Source: Chiloscyllium plagiosum
Lineage: Eukaryota
DNA: 64,000 nt
Reading direction: 5' to 3'
NCBI RefSeq assembly: GCF_004010195.1
Contig: NC_057719.1
Coordinates: forward strand, 40,685,273 to 40,749,272
Under the pieces are notes generated by a model. The model saw only the letters and a program-made list of their open reading frames with translations. It did no database searches and was not told where the DNA came from. The position numbers and the translations under genes were made by a program. Below are positions 37,801 through 49,000 of this stretch, in pieces. Every line of letters begins with the position of its first letter. Position 1 is the stretch's first letter.

Positions 37801-40800
37801 TCGAGCATTGTTTGTTTTACGTCTATTGAATGCTGGAAGCAAAATAATTGGGGATCCATGACCTGTGGCTGACGTATCGCGTTCCTGCATTAACAAAACT
37901 CAACCACATCCTTGAGCAAGACTCCAGTGGTATTGGGGCTGAGGTTTCTTTGGGGGAATATTTGGGCCTCCGGGGCTTTTGAATATGATGATCAAACGTA
38001 TTCAAATACACCTTTAATATTTTCACGCTTCCTGTTCCGAGGCCTGTTTAAATGCTGTAAATAATTAATCATATCAATCAATCCCTTCTGATGTACTAAA
38101 TGCAGGAGTGGCCATCAGAATCATTGGTTGAACTCTTGTTTTCGGTTTAACTTTATTCCGATGACATGCTCTTGGTGCACAAAGAAATGTTTTGCTTGAC
38201 AAAATGTCTAAATTTCCACCTCGCTTTAATAAGATGCACGCCCTCGGCTATTTCCTTCCAACCAAGAGGACAGCAGATGCGGGGAGTCTTTAGGGAGCAG
38301 ATCTTAGAATTTCATCAGCATTCATCGGTGACCCAGGCTTTTCAAGCACGATGATAGACACGATAAATCATCTTTACAACGAATTCTAATTATCATTTAT
38401 GTGGCCTGTGTGCCTCTTGAAAAGTAAAATTCTAACACGTCCCTGAGACTTGCACCATGTCTCTCTAGGAACGTCAGGAGTGTTGACTTTTACATCAGGG
38501 TTGAAGCATATTTATGTCAGAGGCTGAATCAGTGTGGATTGCATGAAGTGAGAAAATATACTACTAATTTACTCAGTGACCACCTAAATCTAATTCATCT
38601 ACAGCGAAAAAGTGTGTTCTGTATCCTATGATAGGATTACAAGTAAGCATTATAGCAATTAATACCATAATGCGACCATGATTAGTGCATTACATTGAAT
38701 TTCATGGATTCTTGGGTACTGTCGCGCAGATTTCCCTAGGGGCCTCTAGACCGCAATCTATTGTATTCTTTGCAAATTAAATGTAAAATTGTACAGCAGC
38801 TATGGAATACAGTAACCATATGATGCACTGTAAACACGTAGCATTCATTCGGGAATGAAGTTTAACTTCGCACAAGGAAGTAAGACTCTTACTTCTTTAT
38901 CAGTACGACAATCTTTGTGGATCACAAAAGCGTTTAATTAAATATTTAACATATGTACTATAAGTGTTTCACGCCTTATGCTATATTCCCTGTTTTGATT
39001 GAGCGCCCCCTCGCCGCCCTCGAGAAACAGCAATTACTACAAGATTTACACATGTTGTCATTATTTGTGTTTCATTATTTTTATCAAAACTGAAGTATTG
39101 TGGACAATGGAAGAATTAAACGGAGGTGGGGGTGTACTCGGGAACATTATAATCGTCAGAATCTTACAATTCAACTAATTACACTAGATTGCTATGGTCT
39201 GCTGTTTTCTGACTGAGTTGCTAAATGAGTCGAAAGCTAAGAAGTTACTTAGTGAGTTGAGGCAGACTGCCTAAGTTGTTGGCGCGATACCATGCGTCTG
39301 TGCAGTTATAGTTCTGCTCACTGCAAACCCATTAAGCATGGCATTGTCTCGTGTGTGAAACGGAAGTACTGGGTGGGAGCGGAACGGATGGATTTGTTTT
39401 TCTTAAAATGCTCGGTTTTACATTAAATCAATACACGTTCAATTTAAGGGCAGGACTTAGTCAGCCTTGCGTCCCACAAGTACTTTATTATGGTTCTGCA
39501 GTGAGACAAGACGGGGCTTACAATACATGCCCTCAGCTCACCGTGCGAATCTTTTATGATACTCGGTTTGGACCAATCACTAAAGGACTCCTAATCTAAA
39601 GAGAAGTTACTCAAATGACTGCTGAATAAACAAGCAGCAAACCAAAACCACATATCTCACCGAGCGCTGGCAAATCCACCGAATGGGAAAAAGTGGCATT
39701 CTTTAAATCACTGACACAAATTTCTTTATTATAAAGGTAATGACTGTCTGGTTATCTGTCGACTACTCCTCTGTGCCCTGGCGATAAGATTTTTATTAAC
39801 AGAGTCATGTTAATGTCTGAGGATCGCTTTCAAAACATATAAATAATGGACTTTATCTACTCTAATAGGCTTTGTGCGCAATCGATTCGTTGATGTTTTA
39901 CTTTATTTGGAAGAACAATCGAGGACAGTGTTAATAACTTTGAGATCGCCGTCCTGTTATCATTTTGCCCAGCTTTCACTGGACTAGACGTAGAGCTTGG
40001 AGCTGACCCCTATCAATTTCCCTAAAGAAAGTATTCTGCAGATATTATGTGGTGATAAATAACTGAAAGAACACCCTACTGCACCAGTGTTAGGTGATTT
40101 TCTTATTAAAATTCCACTTTATAATTTATAGAAAGTAATCGTGCAAATAGACTGTACTGTACAGTAATTGAAGAAAAATTAAATAGCTCAATCATCTTTC
40201 TCTATTAGTTTGGTGGGAGATGTTAATTAATGAGGATATAAGCTGAGTAGAATGCAAAGTAAGCTGGCTATAATCAGAATTTAATTGATTTTTCTGTTTG
40301 ATTATCGCTCAGTAACCTAGAAATCTCAGAAACATGCGTTCCCTCCCCAGAAATTCTGATCGGACTTCTGAGAGATTGCGAGTTGCTGCTGTCGCTCAAA
40401 GAATCCTAGGAATAAGTTACATTTCTGGAAGAAAAAAGGGGCGAAATCGATTATTCACTGTGATTTCCTCCTGTCAGTAGTTTATGTCACCTAGCTGACC
40501 ACAGTGGGATTGGCTCCCCTCGAGTCACTGGCGGTCCAGTTCGAGCAGCAAGGTTCCAGGCTGATAGCTAACAATTAACAGCTTTTCCAGGAGTGTAGCT
40601 CTGTCCTTTAGCCCCCACTAATGAATGAGGTGATGTGAGGAGAGGCTTACTAGCATCCACACACAAAAAGAAATTGCTCCACTGCAACCCATTTCTTCCT
40701 CCAGTCCACAGCGGAAACCTTCAGTTTCAGGGTGGATCATTCGCACACACTACACACACTATACACAGACACAGGAGCTATTCTCCACGCTTTCAACACT

Positions 40801-41159
40801 TTCCTTGCCACTGCTGGAGGAACAAGCAACCGGGATGGCTGGGTGGGTGCTGGGGAGGGGAGTGGAGGGGGGGAGTTTCCGAAGAAGATTTGCTGATGGC
40901 TATTGATGTCGCCTCATACAGTGGGGCCAGTGAATGCAAGAAGCTTCCCGGCTGGAACAGGATACTTTGGTGGGACGTTATTGAGGGGAGTGGTACAGAA
41001 GGGCCGGAGCTCGCCTGACTGCCGATTAGCGGGATTTTTGCGCACTGTGCCAGGGTATGGAACAAGCGATGACTGCCAACATGTCACTCTCCAGTGAGTG
41101 AGGCGTCTCCCGTGCCAGAGTGCGGCTCGGGGAGCAAGCTCGGAGATCCGCACGGCATC

Positions 41160-41288
41160 ATGTCTTCACAACAGTGGCCAGAATCCCCTCCCAGGAAAAA
41201 CACCAACTTGCTGGAAATCGGCACTTTCTGCCTGGACTCTGACATAATATTTGGATTCACCAGTCACCTCCTAAGGCGAAAGCACAGG
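41160..41288 (+). CDS. KIF26A: KIF26A candidate distal first coding exon (43 aa, MSSQQWPESPPRKNTNLLEIGTFCLDSDIIFGFTSHLLRRKHR)
   Basis: ATG with A at -3 (GGCATCATGT) and a protein-like open frame. Ends at AGG|GTGAGT, a consensus donor in phase 0, compatible with the phase-0 acceptor at 45046. Confidence 0.7.
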
Positions 41289-43360
41289 GTGAGTGTTTTC
41301 AGAAATCTTTTGCAACATTGTGAAGGGATCTGACTTTTAAAAGCACATCGCTCAGCTGCCTTCCTTTAGTCACATTTCGAATGTGTGTTTCGACTGTTGT
41401 GTGTGTGTGTGTCTGTGTCTATGTTTTGGCGCAAACTTTCCAATTTGTTGCTTCGAGCGTGTTCCCGTGGATGTGAAAGCGGTGCAGTTGGGTCATTGCA
41501 GCGTAACTGGGGCTGTACAGGAGAATTCTCAGCTTCCAAACATCTCTACCCGGAGTCCAGCAAGCGGGCAGCAGTTCCCCAGGTTTGAAAGGGGGTCGGA
41601 GTTGATCGGAGTTTGTCCTGAAGTCCTCAGTAATTCCCTTCCCAACACAGGGCTCCCCCTTCCCCTCCAGCACAGCCTAAGGTTCAGTCCAAACTCACCG
41701 TCTTGTGAACTCAAAAATGACAGAGGTTCGAAACTCCAAGGCATTTCAAAGTAAGCACTAGAGGGGAGATTCTCAGAGGACATGCATGTTTTATAGAGCA
41801 CTCAGGCGTGGGGAGGAAGGGGTGGAAAGGGCCGCCCCTCTCAGCAATGTGCAGGGGGGAGCCGCTGCCCACAGCCCCCTTCCTTGCCCACTTCAGGCGC
41901 CCGGAGGAGTCAGGTGAAGCCCAGGGAGAGTGATAGAGAGAGAGAAGCCGAGGGAGCGACCCACACCCCCCCCACCCCCTTCCAGCAAGGGGGCGGGCGC
42001 TCGCTGTGCGGCTCGGCCCTCGGGTGCGCGCGGTGCTCGAGCTGCGAGAGCGCGCCGTGACACGGGCACGCGGGTTGAGGGGCGGAGGGCGGAGTGGGGA
42101 TGGCAGGGGGGTTGGAGGGAGACACGCCGCCATTCAGTGGAGCAGATGCTGCAGGGCTGCTCCTTCTCCCTGATCAGGCCAGCAGGCGGTGTGCAGCCAC
42201 AGAAATACAGGACTGTTGTTCTGTTAGCAAGAATAGCCCGGCGGAATTTAAACTCCAGGGGCATTTCCGGAGGGCAAATGAGTATTGGAGTCTTGGGCTA
42301 AATCGTGGGATAAAGTGGCTGTTTGCTTGTGATCCATATAAGGCTTTATTAGTTCCACATTAGTTCTTTTGTTCTTAAACCAGAGGTGCTTTTCATTTTT
42401 TATTCTATGAATAAAGTTCTTGTAATTCCGTAATGGGCAAAGCTTTAACCTTCATCACCAGTACACAGGCACGTTTGTACTCAGTGTTACTTAGCAAGAG
42501 CTCTGTAAGGGAATAGATCTTTTTGGGTTCTTTTATGAGACACGATATAGTTGAAAGAGGCTTATTTTTAGGAGGGCGTGTAATTTGAGATGCATCACCC
42601 AGTTCTTCTGACCAGACATCTCACAATTGCACTTTGTCCAGCTTCCACAGCTGTTTGCCACCGCTTCCCAGCATGAGACCCGATTCCAACACCCACCCCA
42701 TACCACCGACCACTCCCTCTCTACCTCCCGGCCGACGTCAACTCAGCTTCCATTTCTCATAATGTGTTTTCAAACTTATGTCCCACTCACTACAGGCTGA
42801 GGGTCTATAATCATGATACGAATCATGATAATGCAGGGCTATTCCAATCTTCTCCCAACATACAGGAGTCATGCTCCAAGTCGTGCTAAGTTTGCACTTA
42901 CCAAGCGCGGTGTGAACTGAACAGAGGTTTTATATTAATGCTTGAGTCAAATCTGGTATTTATCCAAGTTTCTTCAGCTTTGGTTCTAATTCGTTTGAAA
43001 TGTATGATTAATGTGCGCTTAGCAAAAAAATTATATTCCTAATATATTTAAGGTTTGGAATGAATGAACTTACTCCATATCTGTCTGGTTTCCTTTAATC
43101 ACCATGTTCTCCCCACTGAGATTCTGCCTCATGTTAAATGCGGACTGTTTCCGCACGCTCAAAACATTGATCACGGCCCAACACCATGTAAAGAGGTCAA
43201 GTGTGGTCTCAAAAAAAATCAGAAATATTCTGAGTTTTAAAACGAATTTTTTTTTCTCATGGTTTCTGTAATCTGTTGTGCCTTCGTCTGTCCCATGTAT
43301 CGCCTTACATTCCCGATATAGAGAATTCACAATCATTCAGAGACAAGACCGACCAACACT

Positions 43361-43378
43361 GGGGGGGGGGGGGGGGGG
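43361..43378 (+). repeat. Poly-G tract (18 nt)
   Basis: Directly visible homopolymer. Confidence 0.95.
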
Positions 43379-44540
43379 CGAATTTTGAGCAGGGTTAACA
43401 GCAGCCATGTGGTCGGTCCCATTTGGTCCTCTTGTGTGTATTTGGCTGTGGCCAACAGGTGACGCTACAGCTACAGAAACAATCGCAGTTAGAAAGACTG
43501 GGAGCTGGAATAACTTTGCAGACGCTTATAACAAAAAGGAGGCGAGTCTTAGGAGTTTAAATCGAGTTTGCGACGAGAAATAAATTTGTTCAGGTTAAGG
43601 AGTATATTTTTTTAAAATTAAATGATTCCGATTATGTCCTGATAGTGATGGTTAGGAACGTGGGGGGTGGGGTAGTGTGTTGGCCACTGATATCCACCAG
43701 AATGATTGAGGACCTTAACCCAAACTTGAATGTATCATCTGAAGAAAGATTCAGTACGATTCACCGGATGAAGGGTGCAAAGTTGCCAATTAAACCTTTG
43801 CGAGCGGATTTGAATTTCAGTCTCCAGTTTAATGAGTTAGCCAAAGTGAAAGAACCGTAATAGTGGGACTGACGCCGAAGGTGCACGCCTGTAGTATTGG
43901 CAAGATCGGAGTGCTCCGATTTAAATGGCAATTATAGCCACAAATCACACAGTGCAACAAATCAGAGAACGTTGACAGCCTCTCATACTGTGAAATTGTT
44001 TTACCAAAGCCTCCCTTTCTGAAATTGAAACCTTTCTGATTAGGTCGTCTAAACAGTTCCTAATTGTTTTGTCATTGGAAAGATGTGAGGATTGTCGAGA
44101 GTGCTGTTTGGAAGGAGACACTGGCAGTTTCCCATCCCTGCAGGCTTGTGAGCAGTTTACTGTTGTCAGTCACGGGAACTCCTTGACCGATCAGTGGTTT
44201 AAATGCTTGCGGTGCTCCACCCACTGGAAGATACGCCTGCCGCTTCCCCGAGTCCACACAAACTTCAAACTCAAACTTATCCTTGTCCCCTTTAGGACCT
44301 GGATAGTCGAAGCATGTGGCCGGGCAAATACCGCGTTAGACTTTTCAGGGGCATTTGAGGAAATCAAACATTTCATGACAACTGTGTTGCTCTCATGATC
44401 AGACAGCTCCTTCAGTGTAGTGCGTGCTGTTGATATGATTCCGCATTGACCAGCCGAGAGCCAGGACTTGGCCCAATAACTCTTTGACTCTGCTCCCGTC
44501 TTGACGCGTTCATGCAAATAACCGAAAGTGACTTGACCCA

Positions 44541-44594
44541 ATGATGCCAGGGAGTAAACCTCGCGGGTTGGAGCCGGAGGGTCGCAGACAGGCG
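44541..44594 (+). CDS. KIF26A: KIF26A candidate proximal first coding exon (18 aa, MMPGSKPRGLEPEGRRQA)
   Basis: ATGATG start after an in-frame upstream stop. Ends GCG|GTGAGT in phase 0, with a 451-nt intron to the acceptor at 45046. CCAAT, TGACG and ATGCAAAT motifs lie just upstream. Too short to appear in the ORF track. Confidence 0.55.
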
Positions 44595-45045
44595 GTGAGT
44601 AACAAATCTAGGGCTCACAGTAACTGGATGTGGGAGTCAAGGCTGAGTGAAGTTTCAGGATGAGCTGTGCCGGACCCTGAGCTGGTTGGTCTCTGTTCCC
44701 CATGGTGTTTTCTAAGAGGACAGTTAGAACGAAGAGGCATAGCCCCATAGCACAGCACCTGGTCATGTACATGTCAAAATGATCAAAGACTTGTTGCACT
44801 GAGCATTACGCGGAGTTTACAACAGCAGGTAAACAAACAGGCATTAAACAAACTGAACTTTTTGTAAGAAGGTTTGAAACGATGTTTAGTAAGCGACTCC
44901 TGCATGTGTATGTCAGTAGTTTGATGAAGTTTTTAACAGTGAGACTTTTCTCGGTTCCCATGTTATTGAGTAACGTGGCCAGCACACCTCAATCCATCTC
45001 TCTCTCTCTCTTCCCCTCCCCTCTCTTTGCTGGTGTGTTTTACAG

Positions 45046-45294
45046 GTGCTGGATGGCAGCCCAGCCAAGGAGATCACCATCCCCCTGCAGGCCGGCCTCA
45101 GGAAGAGATTGCAGGCGGCCGAGGAAGATCACTGCGGGAGTCGGCCGGCTCCCGAGGGAGCAGGAGCGGTCTCCGGGACGGAGGCTGATACCTTCGAGAA
45201 GGAAGAGAAGGGGGCCTGGTGTCAAAATTGCCAGCTCAAGTTAACAGAGCTCAAAAGACAAGCCATGAAGCTCGTCATCCCTGGATCCGGCAAG
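45046..45294 (+). CDS. KIF26A: Kinesin-like protein KIF26A, internal coding exon (exon 2 equivalent, 83 aa)
   Basis: VLDGSPAKE...RKRLQAAEEDHCGSRPAPEGAG...WCQNCQLKLTELKRQAMKLVIPG closely matches the KIF26A N-terminus as I recall it (RKRL..DPCGSRPAPEGAG..WC..C..KLVELKRQA.KLV). It lacks the long Ser/Gly/Pro tract of KIF26B. Polypyrimidine tract plus TACAG acceptor, AAG|GTAAGA donor, phase 0/0. Confidence 0.92.
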
Positions 45295-48099
45295 GTAAGA
45301 GTTAAAGAAGCAGTCTCTGCCCTGGCATTAGTCCAAGTCTGAGTGCCCTTTACCGTGGCTACCGCCAACAGTTGGCATCCGGCTAAAGCTTCTCGCTTTG
45401 TTTGAGTTGGGACTAATTCATGTGTGCGTTAGCCTCCTTTCCAGCCCGCCCTTGTTTTATTGCAGCAATCTCAGTTACCAATGAGCCCGCCTTCCCCACA
45501 GACAGGAGACCACGCGTTAGCCGCTGCTCATTTGCTGGGTCTTCCTCCAGCAGATCAATCATTGGTCGAGCCAAACTGGAGCCTTGAACAGTGGTAGTAG
45601 TGAGAGGAGGTGGAACGGTGCCCAAGGCTTCCCGAGATCTCTCTGTCCCTCTCACTGTGAGAGCTGCACTGGTACCACATGTGGGCACTGTGCTCCAGAA
45701 CTGATGATGCTGCACAGCCATACCAAAGAGCGCTGAAGTATTTGTGACAGTTTTCCCACGGAAGTTGGAGAGAGGTCGAGATCCCACTCGAACATATTTC
45801 TAACAAAAAAAAACACCGTTGACAAGGCTGAGGCTGTTCTAAACGTGAAGAAATGAGAAAGAGGGAACAATAGGCACATTAGAGGCAAGGATTCAAAATC
45901 TGTAGGGTGTGCAGAGTGTTCAGCTGACGAGAAGTCGGCCAGGCGACACAAAAACGCTTCACTCGGATGAAAATCTGATTGGATTGAAAGACACTAATTC
46001 CCTGCCATCGATTTGCACGATTTGTGTTTGTTCATCTCTTGCCTGTTTGACGCGCCGAATTGAAAACGTTGGAAGCTTAAAGTGCAAGAAAAATAAATAG
46101 TGTCCACCAATAGCAGAAGTTTCTTTTTATTCATGGCGGGATTTGTTCTTAAATAGAGATTAAGTGGGAGCAATGATGCCCTCCCTTCAATAATTGATAT
46201 ACATAACAGGAAATTAAACCCTAACGCATGTTACCTGCACTGAAATGACCTTGTGTAATTGCCCTGCTCACAATTTATGGCCTTCAGAAGTTTATTGTTT
46301 TCTATTTCATCACATAGCATCTGGTTTTGATTTCGTGGCGCTGAAGGTCTTGTGCCTTTCTTACGTTTCATTCGTTGAAGCGAAATGTCTTGTACACCGT
46401 TTTGCCATTAGCGAACAATAAAGGTTGCCTTTTGCCATTGTCCAGTGTGCAGACTCTGCAGACTGCTGTATCTGTGCACAACGAGCAAATTCTTTTGAAT
46501 TATAATAGCAGCTTTATCTGTTCATATCACGTAAAGGGAAGTCAGGTTCTGGGGGGAAAAAATCACATTCTGGGAAAGCAGTGGTTAACAAGCAGGTGTC
46601 CAGGTGAGGAGTTCTTTCTCTCAAGGCTATCCTGTGTGGTCTCTTGTTTGCTGCTGGACTAAGGCAGAGATGAATGATACATTGAGCCTTTATTTCCAAA
46701 ACAAATCGCAATATTGTTTTCATCTTGGCAATGAAAGAAAACTGTGGTCCAACCTAGGATATTTGACTCAAGCACGCTTTTTATTGTAACTTCCAGTGAT
46801 GATGAAAAGAAGTTCTAGACATGGTCTGCTGCACATTAAGGATATCACAAAACACAAATCTAACTTGATAAAGCACATTTCTGTAGATTTCTGCACAACT
46901 AATGTATGATTTTATTTACAGTTAAAAGTACAAATGTACGGCAATGATATTGGCCCCTTATAAATAAATTCCTTTGTCTCTGATATTTACATAGGGTTCC
47001 AGCTCATTTTGTTTTGATCTGAGGTATAATAATTCAAATTGTGTCTGATTTTTTTTATTTTGATGTAGGCTTGAACTTTCCTTTCAAAGGATAATTTAAT
47101 TAATGTAAACTCCAATAATCTAGTTATTCCTGCTAACAAAATAAAGTTTGAAAGGTACCTCTTTGTTGGCCACAACAATCATGGGATCTTTCAGCAATGG
47201 CTTTGAAACTACCTTATACTGAGTTCAGAATACTCTTTGCTGCTGGTGGGTGGATATGATGGGTGGGTAATCTGAAGAAAGTCTGCATTCTCTCCTATGA
47301 CAAGTTACTGAAAATACCCTATTCTCCAATACTCATTACCTGCGACACGATTTTCACTTTGTTGTCCATCATAAAATAGACAGTTTAGGCTTCCAGAGAT
47401 GTTTTCATTGGGTAGCAATGCAAAGTTGTTTATTAAGAATGAGCTCATCTTAAATATGACACAGTGATAAATTTTAGAACGACTGTATTCAATTCTTTAA
47501 GCCCTTATGGAAGATTTTTGAAATGAATAAACTTTGTTTTTAAAGTTCACAGTTAATGATGCTCACATTTAGTTTAATAATATTGTATTTTGATCATTTC
47601 TGACTCCTACATAACATAAAATAATGGTATTCCATCAGTACTTTTGCCCATAACGTGTTACTGAACTATCATTTATAAAAGCATTACTGGTGAGTATAAA
47701 GGCCTATTCAGTTGATAAAGAGGGACAATGACAAACACAAATAAAATGGTATAGGATGATTAAGCTTGGAAAATATTTAAAATCAAGTGTTTAACTTCCA
47801 GATCTCCATGTAGCTGGAGAGGGAATTAAGTTCTACTTTTGGTGTATTAACTGTGCATTACTTACTCTTAACTACTGATTTATTTCTCTACAAAGAGAGT
47901 TAATAATATCAATGTATGTCAATATTTATAGTGGATTAGTGAAGTTCTACTTTCAATAAGTAGATTGTCTTCCATCAATCAAATGTAGATAGCATGAGTT
48001 TGAAAGAATATAATTTGGTTGAAATATTTTACATCAGTCAGTAAAAACCTTGCACGTTAACATTTTAAATATTGAATGTCTTTTGGCACTTTCCTGTTT

Positions 48100-49000
48100 G
48101 TTAACAATAACAATTTGTATTCACATAGCATATTTAATATAATAAAACACCACAGAGACAAGTAAACCAAAATGTGACAGCAACCCACATAGGGAGATAT
48201 TAGAGCAGATGACCAAAAGCTTTACCAGCTGGGTTTGACGAAATATTCTTAAAGGAGGAAAGTGGATTAGTGAGACAGTGAGTTAAAGAAGGGACAACCA
48301 GAGCTTGGAGACTTTGTCAGCTCAGGACACAGTGTCTGGTGGTGGAGATACTCAAGAGCCAGAATTAGAGTGTAGACAAATCAGAGGGGTGTGAGGCTGG
48401 AAGGTGATTGCTGAGATGGGGACAGGCAAGGCAAGGAAGGGATTTGAAAACACAGATGAGAATTTTAAAATTGAAAGCATTGTTAACCAGGAGCCAGTGT
48501 TGGTTACGGAGCACAAGAGTGATCAGTGAGAATAACATTTTGTACAAGTTAGAACACGGACAGCAGAAATTTGGATGATCTCACTTTTATGAAGGGTAGA
48601 ATTTGAGAGTCTGGCCAGGAATGTATTAGAGTAGTCAACTCTGAAGTAACAAAAGCATGAATGGGTTTCAGCAACAGAAGAGCTGAGACAGTGCTGGAGA
48701 TAGGTGGTAGGTGGGGAAATAGGTGATCTGAGTGACCATGTGGTTGAAACCTCTTCCCCAGGTCAAATAAGGCATCAAGATTGCAAACAGTCTCATTCAG
48801 GCTCAGGCTGTTGTCAGGGAGAGGGATGGAATCATTGGTGAGGGAAGGAGATTACAGCAGGAGTTGAAGACAAATGGCTTCAATCTTTCCAATATTTAAT
48901 CAGTGGAAATATTTGCTGATTGAGCATTGAATGTCAGATAAGCAGTCTGACAATTTAGAGACAGTGGGAGGTCAAAAACATCATGAGGTCGAGCTTGTAA
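48100..49000 (-). mobile_element. L2-like LINE 3' fragment
   Basis: Minus strand has LNIGKIEAI and FKILICVFKSL motifs, and an L2-type 3' terminus (TGCTATGTGAATACAAATTGTTATTGTT). Confidence 0.8.

Larger units (their letters stand above)
36070..46450. promoter_or_regulatory. CpG-retaining, transposon-free domain around the KIF26A 5' end, with CpG-island-like cores at ~40800-41300, ~41800-42270 and ~44430-45300
   Basis: CG dinucleotides are visibly much more frequent than in the flanks, and I recognised no SINE or LINE here. GC boxes (GGGCGG) occur at ~41991, ~42079 and ~42087. Confidence 0.7.

Noticed and set aside
42146..42301. ATG-initiated frame MLQGCSFSLIRPA... as a third KIF26A first exon
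   Set aside because: No convincing phase-0 GT donor follows, and overlapping ORFs on both strands here are explained by high GC content.
44780..44834. Donor-like CAG|GTAAAC upstream of exon 2
   Set aside because: No in-frame ATG before an upstream stop. It could at most be a non-coding exon, and nothing else supports it.
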